DNA from: Burkholderiaceae bacterium | Lineage (GTDB): Bacteria > Pseudomonadota > Gammaproteobacteria > Burkholderiales > Burkholderiaceae_C | Reading direction: 5' to 3' | NCBI GenBank assembly: GCA_014879655.1 | Contig: JACSRS010000102.1 | Location: 1,617 to 65,616 of the forward strand | DNA length: 64,000 bases | Shown: one piece after another, positions 9,486 to 20,589 of the stretch | How positions within the stretch are numbered: position 1 is the stretch's first letter | How the letters are laid out: each line of letters starts with the position of its first letter | Notes under the pieces: generated by a model | What the model was told of the DNA's origin: nothing | Databases searched by the model: none | What the model saw: the letters and a program-made list of their open reading frames with translations, nothing else | Made by a program: the position numbers and the translations under genes

Positions 9486-11762
9486 ATGTCCGTCATTGAC
9501 CAGTTCAGCAATATCATGGGTAAGAAAAAGCCGGATGAGCAGCCGGATCCCCGACCCGAAAGTGCGGACGCTACCGCAGCGCCGGAAAGTCCGGAACCGA
9601 TCGAGACCGAGCAGTTGAGCTCGGCCGACTTTGCGGAAAGCAAGATGGCCGATGCGGTATTGCCCGACGATGCTGAAGCCAGCCCGCCGGAAGGTGAACT
9701 GTTGCATGTGCCGCTGCTGGGTTCGCGAACCGCGGCGCAGCACCAACGTGGTTTGCTGATGCTGCTGGGTGTTGCGCTGGCGGTACTGGCCGTTGTCACC
9801 TATTTCGCACTGAGCGGCGCCGACCGGGTTGCGCGCCAGGTGGCAGCCACCGGTCAGTCGCTGATGCAGTCGCAGCGACTGGCCAAATCCGTTTCGCAGG
9901 CGCTGGTGGGCAGTCCGCAGGCCTTCCCGGAGGTGCGGGAGAGCTCCACCGACCTGGTTGCCAACGTCAAGGGGCTGCAGGAAGGTAACCCTGAGCTTCG
10001 CATTGAGCCCGTCTCGGCGGCCGATATGGAAGACGTGAACAAGGCGGTGCCACTGGTCGAAAGTGCGCAGAAAAACGCCAGCGTTGTGCTGGCGCAGCAG
10101 AAGATCCTGACCCAGGTGGGCACCGCTCTGCGCACCATCAACCGGCAGTCCTCCGATCTGCTGGAGATTGCGGAGACCATCTCCTCACTGGGCCTGCAGC
10201 AGAACGTGCCGGCCACCAACATCTCCGCTGCTGGCCAACTGGTGATGTTGACCCAGCGCATCGGCAAGTCGGCGAACGAGTTCCTGACGATGGAGGGCGT
10301 GAGCCCCGAGGCCGTGTTTCTGCTGGGCAAGGACTTGAACTCGTTCAAGGAGATTGCACAGGGTCTGCTGGATGGCAGCCCGGAATTGCGGCTGACCGGT
10401 ACCAAGGACCCACAGACCCGCGAGCGTCTGGAGGGCCTGCTGAAGCTTTACGAAGACACGCGGACGCAGGCGGGAGCCATTCTGGGCAACCTGCAGGGTC
10501 TGGTTTCCGCGCGTGAAGCGCAGGCAAAGATCATTGCCGAGAGCGAGCCGCTGCGCCGCGCGCTGGAAGACATCCAGGGCAAGCTGTCGCAGCGCACCGG
10601 TCTGGGCGCCGGTTCCCTGCTGGTGCTGCTGCTGTCGGCGGGACTTGCGCTGACCTTCGCAGGTGGCCTGGCATACGTGCAGCTTCAGGACAGCCGGCAA
10701 CGTCAGACGATGGCTGAATCCCAGCGCCAGGACGCCGAGCGCCAGGAGCAGGAGGCCAAGCGCGTGAACGACGCAAACCAGGCCGCGATTTTGCGACTGA
10801 TGAACGAACTGCAGACAGTGGCCGAGGGCGATCTCACCCAGGAAGCCACCGTGACGGAAGACATCACAGGCGCCATCGCCGACTCGGTGAACTACACGGT
10901 TGAAGAACTGCGGATGCTGGTGGGCAACGTGCAGAATACGGCGACCCGGGTGGCACAGACGACCTCACAGGTGGAAAACACCTCGACCGAGCTGCTGGCG
11001 GCATCGACCGAGCAGCTGCGCGAGATTCGTGAAACCGGTCAATCGGTGCTCGACATGGCGGGTCGAATCAACGAAGTGTCCACGCAGGCGCAGGAATCGG
11101 CTTCCGTGGCCCGTCAGTCGCTGCAGGCTGCCGAGTCGGGCCTGCAGGCTGTGCAGAACGCCATCGGCGGTATGAACTCGATCCGCGACCAGATTCAGGA
11201 AACCTCCAAGCGGATCAAGCGGCTGGGTGAGTCGTCGCAGGAGATCGGTGAGATTACGGAACTGATTTCTGACATTACCGAACAGACGAACGTGCTGGCG
11301 CTCAATGCTGCCATCCAGGCCGCGTCGGCCGGTGAAGCCGGACGGGGCTTCTCGGTGGTGGCGGAGGAGGTGCAGCGGCTGGCTGAACGTTCCGCAGACG
11401 CGACGCGACAGATTTCCGCACTGGTGAAGGCCATTCAGACCGACACGCAGGACGCGGTGGCCGCCATGGAGCGTTCCACGCAGGGTGTGGTCGAAGGGGC
11501 CAAGCTGTCCGACAACGCCGGTACTGCGCTTTCCGAGATTGACCGCGTTTCCCGGCAGCTGGCCGAGCTGATCGAGCAGATTTCTGCATCGGCGTCCCGC
11601 GAAGCTGTATCAGCCAACGAGGTGGCGGGCAACATCCAGCACATTTTTGCCGTGACAGAGCAGACCGGCGAGGGTACGCGCGCCACGGCCAACCAGGTTC
11701 GGGAACTGTCCCGCATGGCCGAGGAACTGCGCCAGTCGGTTTCCCGGTTCAAGATCGCCTGA
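9486..11762 (+). CDS. pilJ: Methyl-accepting chemotaxis protein, PilJ-type
   Basis: Conserved MCP signalling hairpin [40 protein letters not shown]. Two TM segments flank a large periplasmic domain. ATG 9486 has an upstream GAGGAAGG RBS (track start 9468 is TTG). Confidence 0.9.
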   Translation: MSVIDQFSNIMGKKKPDEQPDPRPESADATAAPESPEPIETEQLSSADFAESKMADAVLPDDAEASPPEGELLHVPLLGSRTAAQHQRGLLMLLGVALAVLAVVTYFALSGADRVARQVAATGQSLMQSQRLAKSVSQALVGSPQAFPEVRESSTDLVANVKGLQEGNPELRIEPVSAADMEDVNKAVPLVESAQKNASVVLAQQKILTQVGTALRTINRQSSDLLEIAETISSLGLQQNVPATNISAAGQLVMLTQRIGKSANEFLTMEGVSPEAVFLLGKDLNSFKEIAQGLLDGSPELRLTGTKDPQTRERLEGLLKLYEDTRTQAGAILGNLQGLVSAREAQAKIIAESEPLRRALEDIQGKLSQRTGLGAGSLLVLLLSAGLALTFAGGLAYVQLQDSRQRQTMAESQRQDAERQEQEAKRVNDANQAAILRLMNELQTVAEGDLTQEATVTEDITGAIADSVNYTVEELRMLVGNVQNTATRVAQTTSQVENTSTELLAASTEQLREIRETGQSVLDMAGRINEVSTQAQESASVARQSLQAAESGLQAVQNAIGGMNSIRDQIQETSKRIKRLGESSQEIGEITELISDITEQTNVLALNAAIQAASAGEAGRGFSVVAEEVQRLAERSADATRQISALVKAIQTDTQDAVAAMERSTQGVVEGAKLSDNAGTALSEIDRVSRQLAELIEQISASASREAVSANEVAGNIQHIFAVTEQTGEGTRATANQVRELSRMAEELRQSVSRFKIA

Positions 11763-11812
11763 CATCCGGCGGGGGCTGACCCCCGCCTACCTATTGCGGA
11801 GTTCGCCCGGTC

Positions 11813-14800
11813 ATGCAAACGTCTGAAACTGCCAGCGCCATCCATCCGGACTTGGTCGTCTCCGATCTGGGCCCGTTGGCCTGGGTGCTGGATGAACTTC
11901 GCAAGTCACTGGATACGGCCAACAAGTCGCTCAAACGCTTTGTGCGCGATGCCGAAGCGGCGCGGGGTACCGATCTGGCGTCGGTGGACGCCAGCCAGTT
12001 GCGGATGGCTCGCCAGCAGATGCATCAGGCCGTCGGCGCACTGGAGATGGTGGATCTGGTCGCCCCCGCTCAGATGCTGCGTGGCATGGAAGCGGCGGTG
12101 CAGCAGTTTGTGCAACATCCCGAGCGTTGCAACGAAGGCTCTGCAGCAGTGCTGGAGCGGGCCAGCTTTGCGCTGATTGAATACCTGAACCTGATCCTTG
12201 GCGGCGGTAGCCAGTCGGCGGTCGGGCTGTTTCCGCAGTATCGCGACGCGCAGTTGCTGGCGGGTGCGGAGCGCATCCATCCGGCGGATCTCTGGGCCTT
12301 TAGCTGGCGCTGGAACCGGCTTGTCATGCCCGATAGCGTGACTGCCGGGATTGACAACAGTGCCGTGGAGCGGTCACTGGTGGATCAGCTGGTGCTGAAG
12401 ATCATGCAGAAGGGGGATTCGACGGCAGCAGATGAACTGCGCGGCGCCTGTCTGGCGCTGGCCGTGCAGGCCGGTACCACCGGCCAGGGGCGCAGTGCAG
12501 TGTTCTGGAATGTCGCAGCCGCGATGTTCGAGGCGGTCGCGCAAGGTTTGCTGTCGGTCGATCTGTACGTCAAGCGTGCAGCTTCCCAGGTGCTGTTGCA
12601 ATACGCGATGCGCAGCCAGGTCGACAAGACGCCGCCGGAACGGCTGGCCAAGGATCTGCTGTTCTTCTGCGCGCAGGCGCTGCCCCGGCCGGATTGTCCA
12701 ACGCCGTGTCTCGTCGCCGTCCGCAGCGCCTTCGGGCTGGAAGGCTACGAGCCGGTCAGCTACGAAACGCGGCGCTACGGCAAGTTTGATCCTTCAGTTT
12801 TGCTTCAGGCGCGCAAGCGCATTGACGGCGTCAAGGATGCCTGGACCGCACTTTGCGGTGGCGATGTGGCCCGCCTCAAGAACGTCGGCGACCAGTTTGG
12901 TCTTGTGGCCGAATCCATCCTGAAGCTTCATCCTCAGGCTGATCGCCTGGCGCAAGGTCTGAAGCTGGCGGCCGACCAGACAGCTCGATCCGGCAAGCCG
13001 CCTGGGGCCGAGATTGCACTGGAGGTTGCGACGTCCGTACTCTATCTGGAAGCCGCGCTGGAAGAAGCCAAACCGGACGACGAGCAAGTCAGCGAGCGCA
13101 TGAGTCGACTTGCCGAGCGTCTGGAACTGGTGTGTGCCGGCGGCCAGGCCGAACCGCTCGAATCCTGGATGGAGGAACTGTACCGGCGTGTGAGCGACCG
13201 GCAGACCATGGGGACGGTCGTCAGCGAGTTGCGGGTCACGTTGTCCGAGGCAGAGAAGTCGCTCGATGAGTTCTTTCGCGATCCGCTCGAAAAAACGGTG
13301 CTGCACAACGTTCCGGGACTGCTGGCGCAGATGCGCGGTGTGCTGTCGGTGCTCGGGCTGGATCAGGCGGCGCAGGCGGTAATCCGCATGCGAGAAGTCG
13401 TCGAGCGGATACTCGACACCGAGGTCGACATGGACCTGGCCCGCACGGCGGGCACCTTCGACACGCTGGGCAACAACTTCGGCGCGCTTGGATTCCTGAT
13501 CGACATGCTGAACTACCAGCCGGCGCTCGCCAAGCGGCTGTTTGTGTTTGACACCGAGCAGGGTGAGTTGCGACCGGTGATGGGTCGAACCGTCGTTCCC
13601 GAGGTCCCTGACGAAGTCGACCAGCAGCCAACTGTTGATTCCTTGTCTGGCACGGCAATGCCGCCACAGGATTCGTCGCTGCCGGATGTACTTTCGCCCG
13701 GAGCGACCATGCCTATGCACGCGCCGTCGGCGCAGGAAGTGCCGGACGCGGTCAGGGCGCTCGCTCAGGACCCTGCGGGCGTTGTCGAGTCGACCCGCGT
13801 CGAGGAACCGGCACAATCGGCGGCGGCCCCCGCGGTGCCATCGATCGCTGGCGAACTGGTCGGAGTCGCCGAGTTCGACGAGGATGACCTGCAAGGGATA
13901 TTCCTCGAAGAAGCGGACGAGGTCATTCGAAATGGGCTGGAGGCGCTGCGGGTCCTGGGAGAAACTCCCGAAGATCTCACCCAGCAGACGACGTTGCGAC
14001 GGGCCTTCCACACGCTCAAGGGTAGTTCCCGCATGGTCGGGCTGAACACCTTCGGCGAAGCGGCGTGGTCGATGGAACAGGTGCTCAATGCCTGGCTGGC
14101 CGAGCAAAAGCCTGTGACAAACGATCTGTGCGCGCTGTGTGCCGAATCCTTGCACGCATTTGCCCAGTGGGCCCAGGATATAGCTGCCGGACAGGCCGAT
14201 CTCTGGCAGTCAGCGCCGTTCAGTCAGGCAGCGGACGCGATGCGCACTCAGGGTGTCTTCCGGTCACTGGTGCTGCCGACGGCGACACCCGAGGTGGAAT
14301 TGCCGGTTGAAAGCGATGAATTGCCATCGGTCGAACACGGGCCGGGTGAACTTGTTGAGCCACCGACGCCTGAATCGCAGGCTACGGGCATTGACTTGGC
14401 GCTGGACGCTGTCGATGCCGACACCGCTGAGATCTCGCAGTCCGGTGCCGAGCCTGCGCCTGTGGCGGAAACCGATGCCGATTTGCCGGCCGAGGCCGGT
14501 CTGGCAGACAGCACACCTGCAGAAGAAGAGCCGTCCCCGGCGGTTACGCCGGAGCCGGTCTTGTCTGACGCGGAAGCTTTGGCGTTGTTCGATGACATCG
14601 AGGCTGCGTCCACCGAGGTCATCGCGCTGGATCTGGATGCGCCAGTCGCCGATGTCCTGACCCTGCATCACGACGCGGACGATGCGCTGGATGTACTGGC
14701 AACGGCCGAGGGTGCCGACGAACTGGCGCGCGTTCGTCTGGATGCGTCAGACGCGCCGGAAATTGCAGACATCGACATGGACGCCCTTTCGGCTCTGACG

Positions 14801-17800
14801 CTGGCATCACAAGAGCCCGTCGATGCGCCGGATCAGCAGGTGCCGCCGGAAGCGGACGCAGCATCGGAGGGTTTTGACGACGAGCAGGTGAAGGTCATCG
14901 GTTCATTGCGCATCGGTATTCCGCTTTACAACGTCTACCTGAACGAAGCTGACGAGTGGTCGCGGCGGCTGGAATCCCAGCTGAACGAGTGGGAGTTCGA
15001 ACTGGACCAGCCGGTGCCTGCCGGCGCGGAAGCGCTCGCGCATTCTTTGGCGGGCAGTTCTGCGACAGTCGGATTCCTTTCGCTGTCGGAGACCGCACGT
15101 GCGCTTGAACATGCGCTTCAGCGCATGCGCGGCCAGCCCCGCGGAACGTCGGAACAGGGTCGGGCCTTCAGCGCGGCCGCACAGGAAATCCGGCGGTTGT
15201 TGCACCAGTTCGCAGCGGGTTTCCTGAAAGATGCCGACCCTCACGTGCTGGCGGGTATCAAGTCGCTGACATTCGCCCAGGATCTGCCATCCGCGCAATC
15301 GGCGGCTGAGGGAACCTTGGCCGACACCTGGCTGGAGCCGGCGGCGTTCGAGCCACCAGCGCGCGCCGAGACCGGGGATATGTCGCCAGACGCAGCCGAG
15401 GTCGTATCAGACGACGATCAGACTGGCGAGCCATTGGTCTCCATCGAGTTGACCGGCGACGACCAGACGGCGGCCCCGTTGCTCGATACCAATGCAGCGA
15501 TCGCCGGCCCGGAGGGTGTCGCTCAGCCGCCGGTGGGCGAATTGGCGCCGTCCGAGCCGGAGCCGTCCTTGCCGCCCGTTTCAGCGCCCGCTCAGGTAGC
15601 AGCGCCGTCGCAGGTCGTGCCGGTGACCCGCAGTTTTACCGGTGGCGATATCGGCAGCGACGACATCGATCTGGTTGACGTGCTCGATCCGGACCTGTTC
15701 CCGATTTTCGAAGAAGAAGCAGCCGAATTGCTGCCGCAACTCGGTGGCGCGTTGCGCCAATGGGTGGCCAGGCCGGAGAATCTGAGCGCGCGCGGTGAAG
15801 TTCTACGTGCCCTGCATACGCTCAAGGGTAGTTCAAGGCTGGCAGGTGCCCTGCGCCTCGGTGAGATGTCCCACCGCATGGAGTCGGAGATCGAGAGCAT
15901 TGGAACCGAGTCGATCCAGGACGGCGACGTTGCGCCGTTGCTGGCCAGTCTCGATGCGATGGAGGCCCGATTCGAGGCCCTGCGCAGGATCAGCGCACAA
16001 GGGTTCGAAGCCGAAGCCGTGCCGCCGCGAGTCGAAGAGCAACCCCAGCCCGCACCGGCAGTCGCCGCGGTCGAATTTGGCGACGTATCGTCGGCCGCTC
16101 GGGGACCGGTCGCCCTGCCAACACCGATGCTGGCTGCACCCGTTCGGGCAGCTGCAAACCAGGCGGTACGGGTGCGGTCACAGTTGCTGGACCGGCTGGT
16201 GAACCAGGCCGGCGAGGTGATGATCACGCGTTCCCGCCTCGAAGCCGAAATGGGCCAGTTGCGCGGATCGCTGCAGGATCTGACCGTCAACCTGGACCGC
16301 CTGCGCAGCCAGTTGCGCGACATCGAACTGCAGGCCGAGAGCCAGATGCAGTCGCGCATGGCGCAGGCGAAAGACTCGCAGCAGAACTTCGATCCGCTCG
16401 AGTTCGACCGGTTCACCCGGGTGCAGGAACTCACGCGCATGATGGCGGAGTCGGTCAACGATGTGGCCACCGTGCAGCGCAGCCTGCAACGCACGGTAGA
16501 AGCCACCGAAGATGACCTGGTCGCGCAGGCGCGGCAGACGCGTGCCCTGCAGCAGGATCTGCTCCGCACCCGCATGATGGAATTCGAAGGCATTTCCGAG
16601 CGCCTTTACCGCGTCGTGCGCCAGGCTTCCAAGGACACGGCCAAGCAGGTGAAGCTGGACATCACCGGCGGCAACATCGAAATGGACCGCGGTGTGCTCG
16701 ACCGCATGACGGCCGCTTTCGAACACCTGCTGCGCAACTGCGTCGTTCACGGTATCGAAGACCCGCAAACGCGGGAGGCGGCCGGCAAAGACCCGGTGGG
16801 AACGATTGCCATTGATCTGGCGCAGGCCGGCAACGATGTGTCGGTGGTCTTCCGCGACGATGGCGCCGGCCTCAACCTGCCGCGCATTCTCCAGAAGGGG
16901 CGCGAAGCCGGGCTGATCGAGCAGGGGCAGGAACTGTCTGACGCCGAGGCTTCTAACCTGATCTTCATGCCCGGCATTTCAACGGCTTCAGAGGTGACCG
17001 ACTTGGCGGGTCGCGGCATCGGCATGGACGTGGTCCGCTCGGAAATCCAGGCACTCGGTGGCCGCATCGAGACCGAAACGCGTGCGGGCCGAGGGACGAG
17101 CTTCAAGCTGGTGTTGCCACTGACCACTGCGGTGACGCAGGTGGTGCTGATGCGATCAGGCAACCTGACGGTCGGCATTCCGGCCAACCTGGTGGAACTG
17201 GTGCGTCGGGTCTCGGCAGACGAACTGAAGCAGGCCTATGCACTTGGCAGTCTGCAGTTTGGTGGGGAAACCATTCCGTTCTACTGGTCTGGCGCCTTGC
17301 TGCAGTCCTCCAGTCACACCACCGAAACAGCCGGTCGAACCACGCCGGTCGTGATCTTCCGCAGCGCCGCGCAGCGCGTCGCGCTTCACCTTGATGAAAT
17401 CCTGGGCAACCAGGAAGCGGTGGTCAAGAACCTCGGGCCGCAATTGTCACGCCTCCCGGGTCTGGCAGGCATGACGGTGCTGGCATCGGGCGCAGTGGTG
17501 CTGATCTACAACCCGGTTGCCCTCTCAGCGATCTACGGCGAACAGGCTCGAAGGATCAGCCAGGTCCATCAGCAGGCTCTGGACGAGCCAGCCACGACGC
17601 CCGACGAAAGCGGTAGCGCTGCCCAGGCGATGGTTCAGCCGGCTGTCGCACAGGTGCCGCTGGTGCTGGTGGTCGACGACTCGATCACGGTGCGTCGTGT
17701 TACCCAGCGTCTGCTGCAGCGCGAGGGGTACCGGGTGGCGTTGGCCATCGACGGACTGCAGGCGCTGGAGCGGCTGCAGGAGGAGCGGCCAGTGGTGGTG

Positions 17801-18031
17801 CTGTCGGACATCGAGATGCCGCGCATGGACGGTTTCGATCTGGCGCGCAACATCCGCGGAGACGCACGCCTGGGCGATCTGCCGATCGTGATGATCACGT
17901 CGCGCATCGCCGAGAAGCATCGCGAACACGCGCAGGCACTGGGCGTGAACCATTATCTGGGCAAGCCTTATTCGGAAGAAGAACTGCTGAGCCTGGTTCG
18001 CCGTTACGCAGAAGCGCCGGTCACCGCCTGA
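11813..18031 (+). CDS. chpA: Hybrid CheA-type histidine kinase ChpA/PilL (multi-Hpt, HATPase, CheW, receiver)
   Basis: 2072 aa. Three canonical Hpt motifs (HTLKGSSRMVGL, HSLAGSSATVGF, HTLKGSSRLAGA). CheA dimerisation/ATPase boxes (HLLRNCVVHGIE, DDGAGLN, GRGIGMDVV). CheW-like domain and C-terminal receiver (LVVDDSITVRR...DIEMPRMDGF). Confidence 0.9.
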   Translation: MQTSETASAIHPDLVVSDLGPLAWVLDELRKSLDTANKSLKRFVRDAEAARGTDLASVDASQLRMARQQMHQAVGALEMVDLVAPAQMLRGMEAAVQQFVQHPERCNEGSAAVLERASFALIEYLNLILGGGSQSAVGLFPQYRDAQLLAGAERIHPADLWAFSWRWNRLVMPDSVTAGIDNSAVERSLVDQLVLKIMQKGDSTAADELRGACLALAVQAGTTGQGRSAVFWNVAAAMFEAVAQGLLSVDLYVKRAASQVLLQYAMRSQVDKTPPERLAKDLLFFCAQALPRPDCPTPCLVAVRSAFGLEGYEPVSYETRRYGKFDPSVLLQARKRIDGVKDAWTALCGGDVARLKNVGDQFGLVAESILKLHPQADRLAQGLKLAADQTARSGKPPGAEIALEVATSVLYLEAALEEAKPDDEQVSERMSRLAERLELVCAGGQAEPLESWMEELYRRVSDRQTMGTVVSELRVTLSEAEKSLDEFFRDPLEKTVLHNVPGLLAQMRGVLSVLGLDQAAQAVIRMREVVERILDTEVDMDLARTAGTFDTLGNNFGALGFLIDMLNYQPALAKRLFVFDTEQGELRPVMGRTVVPEVPDEVDQQPTVDSLSGTAMPPQDSSLPDVLSPGATMPMHAPSAQEVPDAVRALAQDPAGVVESTRVEEPAQSAAAPAVPSIAGELVGVAEFDEDDLQGIFLEEADEVIRNGLEALRVLGETPEDLTQQTTLRRAFHTLKGSSRMVGLNTFGEAAWSMEQVLNAWLAEQKPVTNDLCALCAESLHAFAQWAQDIAAGQADLWQSAPFSQAADAMRTQGVFRSLVLPTATPEVELPVESDELPSVEHGPGELVEPPTPESQATGIDLALDAVDADTAEISQSGAEPAPVAETDADLPAEAGLADSTPAEEEPSPAVTPEPVLSDAEALALFDDIEAASTEVIALDLDAPVADVLTLHHDADDALDVLATAEGADELARVRLDASDAPEIADIDMDALSALTLASQEPVDAPDQQVPPEADAASEGFDDEQVKVIGSLRIGIPLYNVYLNEADEWSRRLESQLNEWEFELDQPVPAGAEALAHSLAGSSATVGFLSLSETARALEHALQRMRGQPRGTSEQGRAFSAAAQEIRRLLHQFAAGFLKDADPHVLAGIKSLTFAQDLPSAQSAAEGTLADTWLEPAAFEPPARAETGDMSPDAAEVVSDDDQTGEPLVSIELTGDDQTAAPLLDTNAAIAGPEGVAQPPVGELAPSEPEPSLPPVSAPAQVAAPSQVVPVTRSFTGGDIGSDDIDLVDVLDPDLFPIFEEEAAELLPQLGGALRQWVARPENLSARGEVLRALHTLKGSSRLAGALRLGEMSHRMESEIESIGTESIQDGDVAPLLASLDAMEARFEALRRISAQGFEAEAVPPRVEEQPQPAPAVAAVEFGDVSSAARGPVALPTPMLAAPVRAAANQAVRVRSQLLDRLVNQAGEVMITRSRLEAEMGQLRGSLQDLTVNLDRLRSQLRDIELQAESQMQSRMAQAKDSQQNFDPLEFDRFTRVQELTRMMAESVNDVATVQRSLQRTVEATEDDLVAQARQTRALQQDLLRTRMMEFEGISERLYRVVRQASKDTAKQVKLDITGGNIEMDRGVLDRMTAAFEHLLRNCVVHGIEDPQTREAAGKDPVGTIAIDLAQAGNDVSVVFRDDGAGLNLPRILQKGREAGLIEQGQELSDAEASNLIFMPGISTASEVTDLAGRGIGMDVVRSEIQALGGRIETETRAGRGTSFKLVLPLTTAVTQVVLMRSGNLTVGIPANLVELVRRVSADELKQAYALGSLQFGGETIPFYWSGALLQSSSHTTETAGRTTPVVIFRSAAQRVALHLDEILGNQEAVVKNLGPQLSRLPGLAGMTVLASGAVVLIYNPVALSAIYGEQARRISQVHQQALDEPATTPDESGSAAQAMVQPAVAQVPLVLVVDDSITVRRVTQRLLQREGYRVALAIDGLQALERLQEERPVVVLSDIEMPRMDGFDLARNIRGDARLGDLPIVMITSRIAEKHREHAQALGVNHYLGKPYSEEELLSLVRRYAEAPVTA

Positions 18032-18064
18032 CGGGGCGCAGCTCCGGGCTGCGCATCGGGCGTT

Positions 18065-19561
18065 TCACCCAGATCCCGGACCGGCCTTCTTTTTCACCAC
18101 CGCGTAGCGATCCAGCGTGGCTTGGCGGGCCTCGTCGTGCTTCACCAGCGGCTCCGGGTAGTCACGGCCAAGCACCACGCGGGCCGCCGCCAGTTCGATC
18201 TCGCTCGCCGTCCACGGTGCATGCAGGCAAGGGCCACCCAGACCGGCCAGCGCGGGCAGGTAGCGGCGAATGAACTTGCCGTCAGGGTCGAATTTTTCAC
18301 TCTGCGTGACGGGATTGAAGATGCGAAACCACGGTTGCGCGTCGCAGCCGCTGGAACTGCACCATTGCCAGCCGCCATTGTTGGAGGCCAGGTCAAAGTC
18401 ATTGAGTTTTTCGGCGAAGTAGCGCTCCCCCCATCGCCAGTCGACGCCCAGGTCCTTCGCCAGAAAACTGGCGGCGATCATGCGCAGCCGGTTGTGCATG
18501 TAGCCGGTCTGGTTCAGCTGCAGCATGGCTGCGTCGACGATCGGGTAGCCCGTGCGGGCTTCGCACCAGGCGGACAACAGTGACTGGGCGCGCTTGCCAT
18601 GTTCCCAGCGAATCGCGTCGTATTCAGGCCGGAAGCTGCCCGTCGCCACATGCGGGTGATTGGCCAGAATCTGCGCGTAGAAGTCGCGCCAGATCAGTTC
18701 GCTCAGCCACACAGACGCGCCCTGGCTGCCCGTTTGCGCCCTGACATGCGCCAGCGCCACCAGTCGGCGAATCGATACCGTGCCAAAGCGCAGATGCACG
18801 CCCAGGTAACTGGGCCCCTTGATCGCCGGGAAGTCACGTGTCTGGTGGTATTGGTCGAGCCTGCCGAGGAAATCTGCCAAATGGGCCTGCGCACCCGATT
18901 CGCCCATGCCGATCGCCAGCTTGGCGAGGTTGGTCGGCAGAAAATCGATCTCGCTCAGTGCCGGCACGGCGCGGTCGAGTTCGGCCGGGATCGGTGCCAG
19001 CGCTGCCGTCAGATCGTCAATCGCGCACGGTTGTAGGTCATCACCGTCGAGCTTGCGCAGCCAGGCGTTGCGATAGGGCGTGAACACGGAAAACGGCTTT
19101 CCGGTCTGGGTCAGCAGTTCCTGTCGCTCGAAGATCACGTGGTCCTTGCAGGTGTGCAGCGAAATGCCTGCGTCGGCCAGTGCGCCACGCACCGCAGCGT
19201 CGCGCGCACAGGCATCGGGCTCGTAGTCGTGACTGGCAAATACCGACTGCACACCCAGTCGCCGCGCCAGCGAAGGCAGTTCGCGGCGGGCGCTGCCGTG
19301 CAACACGATCAGCCCCCCGCCGCCTCCAGCGCAATGGCCCGCTTCGCGCAGCCGACCGTCCAGTTCGACCAGCGCTTCCCGAATGAACTCGACCCGGCGG
19401 TCTGCGCGGGGCAGTGGATCGAGGATGTCGCGGTCGAACACGAACACGGTATACACCTGGGCGCAATTCTTCAGCGCCAGCAGCAGGGCAGGGTTGTCGT
19501 CCAGCCGCAGATCGCGGCGAAACCACATCAGCCCGGCATGGAAAGGCTTGCCATTGTTCAC
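18065..19561 (-). CDS. phrB: Deoxyribodipyrimidine photolyase
   Basis: N-terminus LMWFRRDLRLDDNPAL. FAD-binding C-terminus WQWCSSSGCDAQPWFRIFNPVTQSEKFDPDGKFIRRYLPAL. Start set to GTG 19561; the track start 19684 would overlap yqgE. Confidence 0.9.
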   Translation of the reverse strand: MNNGKPFHAGLMWFRRDLRLDDNPALLLALKNCAQVYTVFVFDRDILDPLPRADRRVEFIREALVELDGRLREAGHCAGGGGGLIVLHGSARRELPSLARRLGVQSVFASHDYEPDACARDAAVRGALADAGISLHTCKDHVIFERQELLTQTGKPFSVFTPYRNAWLRKLDGDDLQPCAIDDLTAALAPIPAELDRAVPALSEIDFLPTNLAKLAIGMGESGAQAHLADFLGRLDQYHQTRDFPAIKGPSYLGVHLRFGTVSIRRLVALAHVRAQTGSQGASVWLSELIWRDFYAQILANHPHVATGSFRPEYDAIRWEHGKRAQSLLSAWCEARTGYPIVDAAMLQLNQTGYMHNRLRMIAASFLAKDLGVDWRWGERYFAEKLNDFDLASNNGGWQWCSSSGCDAQPWFRIFNPVTQSEKFDPDGKFIRRYLPALAGLGGPCLHAPWTASEIELAAARVVLGRDYPEPLVKHDEARQATLDRYAVVKKKAGPGSG

Positions 19562-19576
19562 CGCTAGAATTCCTTC

Positions 19577-20176
19577 ATGTCCGCTGATTCTGCCCCGATT
19601 GACCTGACGCATCACTTCCTGATTGCAATGCCGGGTCTGGAAGACGAGGCATTCGCGCGCAGCGTCGTGTATTTGTGCGAGCACAGCGCCCAGGGCGCAC
19701 TCGGCCTGATCATCAACAAACCCAGCGACATCAACCTCTCCAGCCTGTTCGACAAGGTGGACTTGTCGCTGCGCCGGGCCGATCTATCAAAGGCGCCGGT
19801 GTTCCATGGCGGGCCGATGCAGACCGAGCGGGGTTTCGTGCTGCACGAACCCATGACGGTGGACGGCAGCGAGCCGGGTGAATCGGCCTACGCCTCGACC
19901 ATGGTGATACCGGGCGGACTGGTCATGACCACCTCCCGCGATGTGCTGGAGGCCCTGTCCAGCGGCGCGGGTCCGCGCAGGGTGCTGGTCACGCTCGGCT
20001 ACGCCTCCTGGGGTGAGGGGCAGCTCGAATCCGAACTGGGCGAAAACAGCTGGCTGACGGTTCTGGCCGACCCGGCCGTGATCTTCGAGACGCCGGTCGA
20101 AGAGCGTTACGACCGGGCGCTGGCGCTGCTTGGGCTGCAGGCCTGGACGCTGTCGCCCGACGTGGGGCACGCGTGA
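19577..20176 (+). CDS. yqgE: YqgE/AlgH family protein (UPF0301)
   Basis: LTHHFLIAMPGLEDEAFARSVVYLCEHSAQGALGLIINKP is the family signature. Followed by ruvX as in many proteobacteria. Confidence 0.9.
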   Translation: MSADSAPIDLTHHFLIAMPGLEDEAFARSVVYLCEHSAQGALGLIINKPSDINLSSLFDKVDLSLRRADLSKAPVFHGGPMQTERGFVLHEPMTVDGSEPGESAYASTMVIPGGLVMTTSRDVLEALSSGAGPRRVLVTLGYASWGEGQLESELGENSWLTVLADPAVIFETPVEERYDRALALLGLQAWTLSPDVGHA

Positions 20177-20589
20177 ACGTCGCCGAGGCCCGGTCAGTGC
20201 CGGCCGGGTTGCAGACGTTTCTCGCCATCGATCTGGGTCAAAAGCGCACCGGCATCGCCATCGGCAACCGGTTGATCGGCAGTGCCACGCCACAGCCCAG
20301 CATTCATGCGCAAGGCAACGCCCGCTTTGATTGCATTGCGCAGCGCATCCACGAATGGCAGCCGGACGCGCTGGTGATCGGCATTCCGGTCCATCCGGAC
20401 GGCGCACCCCACGACATGACGCGCCAGGCGCAGCGCTTTTCGCGGCAGCTGCAAGGCCGTTTCGGGCTGCCGGTGTTCGAGGTCGACGAGCGCTACAGCA
20501 CGACCGAGGCACTTTCTTCGGGCGCCCGCGACGCCGATGCGGCTGCGGCGGCCATCATTCTGGAGCAGTTCATGAGGAGTCTTTCATGA
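20173..20589 (+). CDS. ruvX: Holliday junction resolvase-like RuvX (YqgF)
   Basis: 138 aa. FLAIDLGQKRTGIAIGN N-terminal RNase H-like motif. GTG start overlaps the yqgE stop. Confidence 0.9.
   Translation: MNVAEARSVPAGLQTFLAIDLGQKRTGIAIGNRLIGSATPQPSIHAQGNARFDCIAQRIHEWQPDALVIGIPVHPDGAPHDMTRQAQRFSRQLQGRFGLPVFEVDERYSTTEALSSGARDADAAAAAIILEQFMRSLS

Noticed and set aside
12794-14155. 453-aa minus-strand ORF and many 60-160-aa ORFs within chpA (12-16.8 kb)
   Set aside because: They lie inside one continuous 2072-aa ChpA frame with canonical Hpt and kinase motifs. The acidic/proline-rich linker region simply lacks stops in several frames.
18036-18055. Hairpin GCGCAGC-tccgg-GCTGCGC between convergent chpA and phrB as a terminator
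   Set aside because: It has a short 7-bp stem and no U-tract on either strand. It is plausible but not distinguishable from chance in GC-rich DNA.
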